From assembly GCA_951406725.2 (NCBI GenBank), contig OX597816.1, forward strand, positions 14,508,001 through 14,572,000: 64,000 nt of DNA, read 5' to 3'. The stretch is from Octopus vulgaris (Eukaryota). Numbering within the stretch: position 1 is the first letter of the stretch; each line of letters opens with the position of its first letter. Shown here piece after piece: positions 57,038 to 64,000 of the stretch. Under the pieces are notes generated by a model that had not been told where the DNA came from, made no database searches, and worked only from the letters and a program-made list of their open reading frames with translations. Both the position numbers and the translations under genes were made by a program.

Positions 57038-57085
57038 CATTTCAGTACCGGTTTCGGTCATTTTGAGACCTTTTCAACTGTAACG
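57038..57085 (-). ncRNA. Type-I hammerhead ribozyme motif with a U3-A8 core
   Basis: Minus strand reads CGUUACAG-UUGAAAA-GGUC(UCAAAAU)GACC-GAA-ACCGGU-A-CUGAAAUG. Confidence 0.65.
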
Positions 57086-58354
57086 ATTAAATAATTAAAT
57101 TTAGAAAAATTGAAAGAAAAGTTTTTTTAAAGGAATATTTGTATAGTGCTCAAATATAGATGGCATTCTGCCCTTCTCTGTCTCCCTTGTTTGCACTTGT
57201 GCTAAACATTTTAAGTGATATTGTAGGTGAGCATCTAGTAGTTATGAAGTCATTGGCAAAATTCGCAAGCAAAAGACACTGATAAAATTCAATGTATTTG
57301 TGCAATGGTGTAAATAAAAAAATAAAGATAAATCGAAGTCTCAGGCAGTGTTCAAGGTAAAAGGAGATAAAAAGAAAAAATTCAAAGATGGCTCAAAAAT
57401 GCTCGAATGGCAGACAGGAAGAAGTGCAATGAGGAAAGAGTAAGCGTGGTGAAAGGAAAGTCTGACAAGTGTAGGAGGACGAAACGAAATGAAGTTAACA
57501 ATGTGTGAAATAGGTTTATGCATGTGTGATCGGTAAGAGAGAATGTGTTGACGTGAAATAACGTAGGTGGAAAGTCTATTTACGTGTTTGTGAGAGAGAG
57601 AAAATAGGAGTTAGGTGCGTCACCAGGGTTTTGAGAGAATGTGCAAATGTTTCGTGGTTAATGGATGATGTTAGTATGTATAATGTGTAAGGCATCATAG
57701 TGTGGGTGTTTGAATGTAGTGAAGGTAAATGAAGTATGTCTTGCCGTATGAATAGAGAAGTTAGGTGTTGTGGAAAGTGAGTATGTGCATGCAATTAGTA
57801 TTAAAGGAAAGCAACTCAATTATTAAAACCAGCTGAGGAGCTGTGTGTAAACGGAAAATTAGTTACTGTTCACGACGAAGTTGAGTTGAGTCTTTCAATA
57901 AGGCATAAATTTTATGTTGCTTCAGTTTGCTTTGCTATGAGTGCCATCCTAGTGCATCAATCTACTGTGTTTCGACAACTTAGATAAATTACTGGACCAA
58001 AAGAAGAAAAAAACAGGAGAATCGAGAGGATGTTAAGTCTTCTATTCGTGACTACACAGGCACCTAAAAATTAACGAAAGCATGGTACATGTTATAAAGC
58101 CATAATCGTTCGCAAGTGACGGTTGGGCTTATATATATGTGCGTGCCTGTCTGTGTATGTAAGTAATGTATATACGACGGGCATCCACGCAGTTTCCGTT
58201 TACCAAATTCACTTATAAGGCATTAGTCGACCCAGGCCTATAGGAGAAAACCTTCACACAAGGTGTCGCGCAGTGAAACTGAACGCCAAACCGCATGGTT
58301 GCAAAGCAGACGTCTAGACCACACAACCATACATGCGCTTATGCATTCACTAGT

Positions 58355-58424
58355 CCATCCATCCATCCATCCATCCATCCATCCATCCATTCATCCATCC
58401 ATCCATCCATCCATCCATCCATCC

Positions 58425-58485
<61 letters not shown>

Positions 58486-58714
58486 CCCTTTTTACATTGA
58501 CATTTCTGCGATACACGATCCCTATTGATCGGCCCCACTTTTTTTTTCACGATCCCTTTTGATCGGAATTCGACCCTTTTTTCTTTTTTCCTTCTCTTCT
58601 TTCCAAAAAGAAAAGCTCTACTTTGTATTTTATCCCTTCTGTGTTCAGCCCTGCGTGGCCAATAAAGAAATCTGTCTATCTATCTACCTATCTTCCTATC
58701 TACCTTTATGTCTG

Positions 58715-58789
<75 letters not shown>

Positions 58790-58790
58790 G

Positions 58791-58827
<37 letters not shown>

Positions 58828-58876
58828 ATATCTATCTATCTATCTATCTGTCTGTCTGTCTATCTATCTATCTGTG

Positions 58877-58915
<39 letters not shown>

Positions 58916-58918
58916 ATA

Positions 58919-58949
<31 letters not shown>

Positions 58950-58956
58950 GTATCTA

Positions 58957-59033
<77 letters not shown>

Positions 59034-59150
59034 GTATGTATCTATCTATGTATCTATCTATCTATGTATCTATCTATGTATCTATCTATCTATGTATCTA
59101 TCTATCTATGTATCTATCTATGTATCTATCTATCTATGTATCTATCTATG

Positions 59151-59199
<49 letters not shown>

Positions 59200-59250
59200 A
59201 TGTATGTATGTATGTATGTATGTATGTATGTATCTATCTATCTGTCTATG
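58355..59250. repeat. (TCCA)n, (TCTA)n and (TGTA)n tetranucleotide arrays
   Basis: Read directly; this is the source of the IYLS ORFs. Confidence 0.95.
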
Positions 59251-59611
59251 CATACATACATGTATGCGTGTAAATGTGTATATGTGTGTGCATGTATGTT
59301 TATTTGGGTGTGTACGTGTGTGTGTGCATGAAGCGTGGCCCAGCACACACACGGGTCTCCCTTTACATTTGATCTCAGCACACCGTGCAGTCGTAGGCGC
59401 CATTTGTAGACATCAGTCAATCTCTGCTGGTCTCCTGCCACTTATTTCCATCTTTCGATCCCACACACGTGAAGATAATATCCTAACCTAATCTCACAGG
59501 TTTTAACAATCCATTATCTCCTCTTCCAACGAATATTTCTGATTTCAGTCTCAAAATTATTAATACATTATGGCTGCTGCTATTCTTGCTGTTGTTGTAG
59601 TAATGATGGGG

Positions 59612-59990
59612 AGGCGCAATGGCCCAGTGGTTAGGGCAGCGGACTCGCGGTCATAGGATCGCGGTTCCGATTCCCAGACCGGGCGTTGTGAGTGTTTATT
59701 GAGCGAAAACACCTAAAAGCTCCACGAGGCTCCGGCAGGGGATGGTGGTGATCCCTGATGTACTCTTTCACCACAACTTTCTCTTACTTCCTGTTTCTGT
59801 TGTACCTGTATTGTCACTTTCTTTTGTACCCGTATTGACACTCTCTGTGTCACGCTGAATATCCCCGAGAACTACGTTAAGGGTACACGTGTCTGTGGAG
59901 TGCTCAGCCACTTACACGTTAATTTCACGAGCAAGCTGTTCTGTTGATCGGATCAACCGGAAGCCTCATCGTCGTAACCGACGGAGTGCT
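59612..59990 (+). mobile_element. SINE family B, near full length
   Basis: tRNA-like head ggcgcaatggcccagtggttagggcagcggactcgcggtcataggatcgcggttccgattccc; flanked by gtaatgatgg direct repeats (likely TSD). Confidence 0.85.
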
Positions 59991-60009
59991 TCCATCCAGT
60001 AATGATGGA

Positions 60010-60398
60010 GGATCGGCGGATTCGTTCAAGTGCTAATGCATTGCGGCATTTCTTTCGGATCTTTACGTTCCGAGTTCAAATCCCAAAGAGTTCGACTTTA
60101 CTTTTCAAACTCCTGGGACCAATAAAATAAATACCAGTCTAAAACTGGGGTCGACGCAATCGCCTTGTCTCCTCCTCCAAATTTTCAGGTCTTGTGCCTT
60201 TAGTAGAAAGGGTTGTTATTATCATTAAGGCGGCGAGCTGGCAGAATCGTTAGCACGCCGGGCAAAATGCATAGCGATATTTCGTTAGTCGCTACGTTTT
60301 GGGTTCAAATTCTGCCGAGGTCGACTTAATCTTTCATCCTTTCAGAGTCTATAAATTAAGTACCAGTTGAGTACTGGGGGTCGATGTAATCGACTATC
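60010..60398 (+). mobile_element. Two SINE family A copies
   Basis: gagttcaaatccc and aaggcggcgagctggcagaatcgttagcacgccgggc heads. Confidence 0.75.
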
Positions 60399-60409
60399 CA
60401 TGCCCTCTA

Positions 60410-61378
60410 CTAGTGGTGCAATGGGATTGGTCGATGTTCCGCTTTAGAAATTTTTAGAGGATTAAAGTGCGATGATGTTCTCAGAGAGACTGTGTGCCGA
60501 CGAAAATGAACTGGCTAGTCTGTTCCGGAGGACTTTCCGGTCGGAGATTACCATGGGTGATTTCTTGATGTCCTTGGCCTGGTGGTGCTACTGAGGGATT
60601 ACTACCGGTTCGAGTTAAACACTACAGGCACGGATGTACTGTCAGACGAGCTTGCCCGAGATGCACTCTGAGTGAAGAAACCTTTCTGCACTCACTCGTT
60701 CAATGACCAGGTATTGTTGACTTGTGAGGTTATGTCAAACAATTGTTGTCTTGTTGACTTGTGAGGTTATGCCGAACTGTTGACTTGTGAGGTTGTGTCG
60801 AACAACTATTGTCATGTGTGGGACGGATCTGTCTATCAGCCGAATTTATAGTGATGACTGCTCTGCCGCCCTCCTTCAATCGGGCAAGCAAGGCAGTTTT
60901 CCTTCACCTGGTGGCTGTGATGAAAGAGGTTATTTGGTGGGCAAAGCTGAAAGGCATGAGGACAGATACATTCCTCTTTGGTAGAGCTCCAACTGATTTC
61001 TCCAAGTTTCACTTGAAAAGGAATTTGAGTGTGGAGAGGGAAGTGCTGTCTTCGAGTGAGTTTATTGAAAGGTGGGCGAAAGCTGCGAACATGGCAAGAA
61101 TGGATGTTACCTCTTTAAGTGTTGACCTGTGAATAGGAGAGAAGGAATTGGAGAGGGCACTTGCCCTTGCTGTTTAGGGAACTCTCAGGCTGTAGGATTT
61201 CTCGATTATCCATAGAGATCATCCCATTCCTTTTCCTTGTACACCGCGTGTACTTACATTGATGTTTGTTACTCATTTAATCATTTTATCATTCCGTTAT
61301 ATGTAAACTCCCAAACATTATGTCTGTCTTTCTATTGTCCACCTCATCCTTCACCCTGGTGGCAAAAAAAGGAAATCA
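60410..61378 (+). pseudogene. Decayed L1/Tx1-like LINE 3' end
   Basis: ACPRCTLSEETFLHSLVQ (zinc-knuckle remnant), then GRICLSAEFIV..FLHLVAVMKEVIWW, a 3' UTR and an A-rich tail; ttgacttgtgaggtt is triplicated internally. Confidence 0.65.
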
Positions 61379-61433
61379 TTATTGTTATTATTATTATTGT
61401 TGTTGCAGTTACTGCTGCTGCTATTGTTGTTAA

Positions 61434-61616
61434 TCTTCTTCTTCTTCTTCTTCTTCTTCTTCTTCTTCTTCTTCTTCTTCTTCTTCTTCTTCTTCTTCTT
61501 CTTCTTCTTCTTCTTCTTCTTCTTCTTCCCGTTCTTATTCTCCTCCGCCTCCTTCTTTTTCCTCTTGTTCCACTTGGTCCTCTTCTTCTTCATCTTTTTC
61601 TTCATTTTCTTTTCCT

Positions 61617-61648
<32 letters not shown>

Positions 61649-61796
61649 CCGTTCTTATTCTCCTCCTTCTTCTTGTTCCTCTTGTTCCTCTTGTTCCTCT
61701 TCTTCTTCTTCTTCTTCTTCTTCTTCTTCTTCTTCTCCTTCTTCTTCTTCTTCTTCTTATTCTTCTTCTTCTTCTTCTTCTTCTTCTTCTCTTTCT

Positions 61797-61831
<35 letters not shown>

Positions 61832-61840
61832 TTCTTCTCG
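61434..61840. repeat. (CTT)n polypyrimidine array
   Basis: Read directly; this is the source of the poly-K/L/F ORFs. Confidence 0.95.
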
Positions 61841-62817
61841 TTTATTAGCGATCTTCTTTTATAAGAGTTAAATTGCAATACCTAATTAAAGCACATTCCA
61901 CTCTTAACAACCGAGAAGCGATGAAAGGTATTCCAGTGCAGAGTCATTCTCCCACTCACTTTCATCACTTCGTTCTCACTCAAAGACGAAAGATGAACAG
62001 AAAACAGAAAGAATATGCGCCTAAGAGCGAGTGGGAGTAAGAGAGGAGTCGATTCCTGCAGCGATAGGTTAGGATGGGCTGGAATTCGGATTCCAAACGT
62101 TTGACTTCCACTTAAGATTGGTACAATGGAACACATGCCGTTATAGACAAGAGATTGAGTAAGAGATGCAGTTGAGATCCATAACCAAATATGTACTGTA
62201 GGCTTGAAGAATATTCTCAAGACATTAGAAGCCATGTTTCTGTATTATACCCGGTAGTCAAAGGGTGGTGGTGATTTGACGGTAAAAGGTTGTGTGATAA
62301 AGAAGCTCGCTTTGCGGCCAAGCGGTTTCGGGTTCTATCCCTCTAAAAAGCCCTTTAAGCAAGTGTCTTCTGCTATAGTAGAAGGCACTGGTATGAGCAA
62401 TGCCGAGTGAAAGAAATTGGTAAACGGAAACTGTGTAGAAGCTCGTTGCTTAAAACACTCACACACACTCACATACACAAATAGGTATGCATGTACGTAT
62501 GTATATACATATATGCACACACACACATATATATTGAAGAAATTTATAATAGTTAACCACCAAAGGTAAACCACATACACACACACATATTACATATATA
62601 TATATATATGTTTTTAATAATATATTATTATTAATATTAGGAAATCAATATCAAAACTCCTCGGAAAGATATACACGTGTGAAAAATAATTGTTGTATTA
62701 AAAATATATAAATAGATAAATAAATAAAAATATGCATAAAAAATATATGTAAATATGTAAAAGTATAAATATATAATGTATATGACAGTTAAAAAATTAT
62801 GAATTAAGTATTTAAAG

Positions 62818-62909
62818 CATCTTACGATCGTTTCACAGAAGAGTTGTCCCTATAATGAAATCCTATATTGATAAGCATTTATAGACAACTCTCCTGCTCT
62901 TCAGAGATA
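62818..62909 (-). ncRNA. Type-I hammerhead ribozyme, apparently intact
   Basis: Minus strand reads UAUCU-CUGAAGA-GCAGGAGAGUUGUC..GACAACUCUUCUGU-GAA-ACGAUCGU-A-AGAUG: full core, 14-bp stem II, palindromic stem III, GUA site. Confidence 0.82.
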
Positions 62910-64000
62910 TAAAATTTGAATTCTGAATAACATATCGAATGGTAGTTTTGTTTTTTTTTTAATTTGAAGTAAAACTATCAAATAGTGTTTGTTTGAAAGA
63001 TAAATTAAAAATAACTGCTTTTGATAAGAGTCTTTAAATCCATATACACTTCCTTGGTTATTTTTCTGCAATAATCCATAATATTCATGTAAAATCCGTT
63101 AAATTATCTTGTATTCCAAATATAGTTCGTATAGTTTGTTTAGAAATGTGAAATTTGTATATACTTTAGCATGAGAATCTTGAAATTCGTATGTTTTCTT
63201 GGTAATTCCTCTGTAGCAATCCATAATACTTTTGTATAAAATTCATTATATTATCCGTTTATGACATGTTTATGTATGTGTCTTTGTGCTTGTCCTTTCA
63301 CACCGGAGTTGGTTAGTTCACGTCTCCATAACCAAGTGGTTCACCCAAATAATCCAATAAATTAAGTACCAGACTTAAAAAAGAAATCACAACCGGGGTT
63401 CAGTCGTTCGTAAAGGACCAAAAGGTATTACTCTTGTATATGTGTCATGTTTCATGGCTCTTAATATATTATAACTCCTACAACGCAGACGTAAAATAAG
63501 AAACTCAAGTAGTAGAATTTAAGAAGGCCAATGATGGACTCCCCTACGACGAATGGGCTTAGTCAAAATTATATAAATAGGGTGTATTGTAATGTGAGGA
63601 TACAGAACTTTCAATAAAAAATATAAGGTTTCAGACGTGTGTTGAGTTAAGACCAAAACCTTTAAAACTCAAAATTAACTTATACCTGCAATATATACGT
63701 TTTATCTATGAAAAGTAGATTCAAATTTCGTTCTTTTCCCTCCTTGTTGCACGTAAAATTTCTTTATCTCTTATGATATTCTTTACAGACGATCAATCTT
63801 TAATTTTCCCTATTACAATACTCATTACTCTTTACATTAATCACTCATAATCATTATTCACTCAACAATGTGTTGCTGACTATATTCGTTATACCTTCCG
63901 CTGTGTTGTTGGGTTGCTCGCTATTGAATCATGTGGTTATGGGTTCAATTCCGATTTACCCTGCACGGCACCTTGGACAAGTGTTCTTCCTCTATGGCTG

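Noticed and set aside
61882-62235. 117-aa minus-strand ORF
   Set aside because: No recognisable domain. LLPLALRR faintly recalls LINE C-termini but is too weak to call.

Overview
AT-rich, microsatellite-saturated eukaryotic DNA. The SINE families and the (TA)n/(CA)n/(AAT)n/(TATC)n load look like an octopus (coleoid cephalopod) genome; this is an inference. The only credible host coding sequence is one 1381-nt internal exon (37987-39367, +) of a SOGA/MTCL-family coiled-coil gene, so most of the window is probably intron. The rest is tRNA-derived SINEs, decayed LINEs (RTE, CR1/Jockey-like, Tx1/L1-like, R4/Dong-like RLE elements sitting in (AAT)n), Tc1/mariner remnants, two non-autonomous Helitrons, a hAT-like MITE and a 1.92-kb tandem duplication. 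Nearly all ORFs in the supplied track are translated microsatellites. The main discovery is non-coding: about nine type-I hammerhead-ribozyme (HHR) motifs from at least six unrelated short repeat families, all with a palindromic or near-palindromic stem III of the Penelope/retrozyme type. They include an apparently intact HHR with a long stem II (62818-62909, -), a U3-A8 compensatory core variant (57038-57085, -), a ~340-nt rod with one HHR on each strand paired to the other (55791-56132), and a tRNA-headed SINE whose 3' body carries an HHR (24416-26400). Structures were paired by eye, repeat boundaries are approximate, and no activity has been shown.
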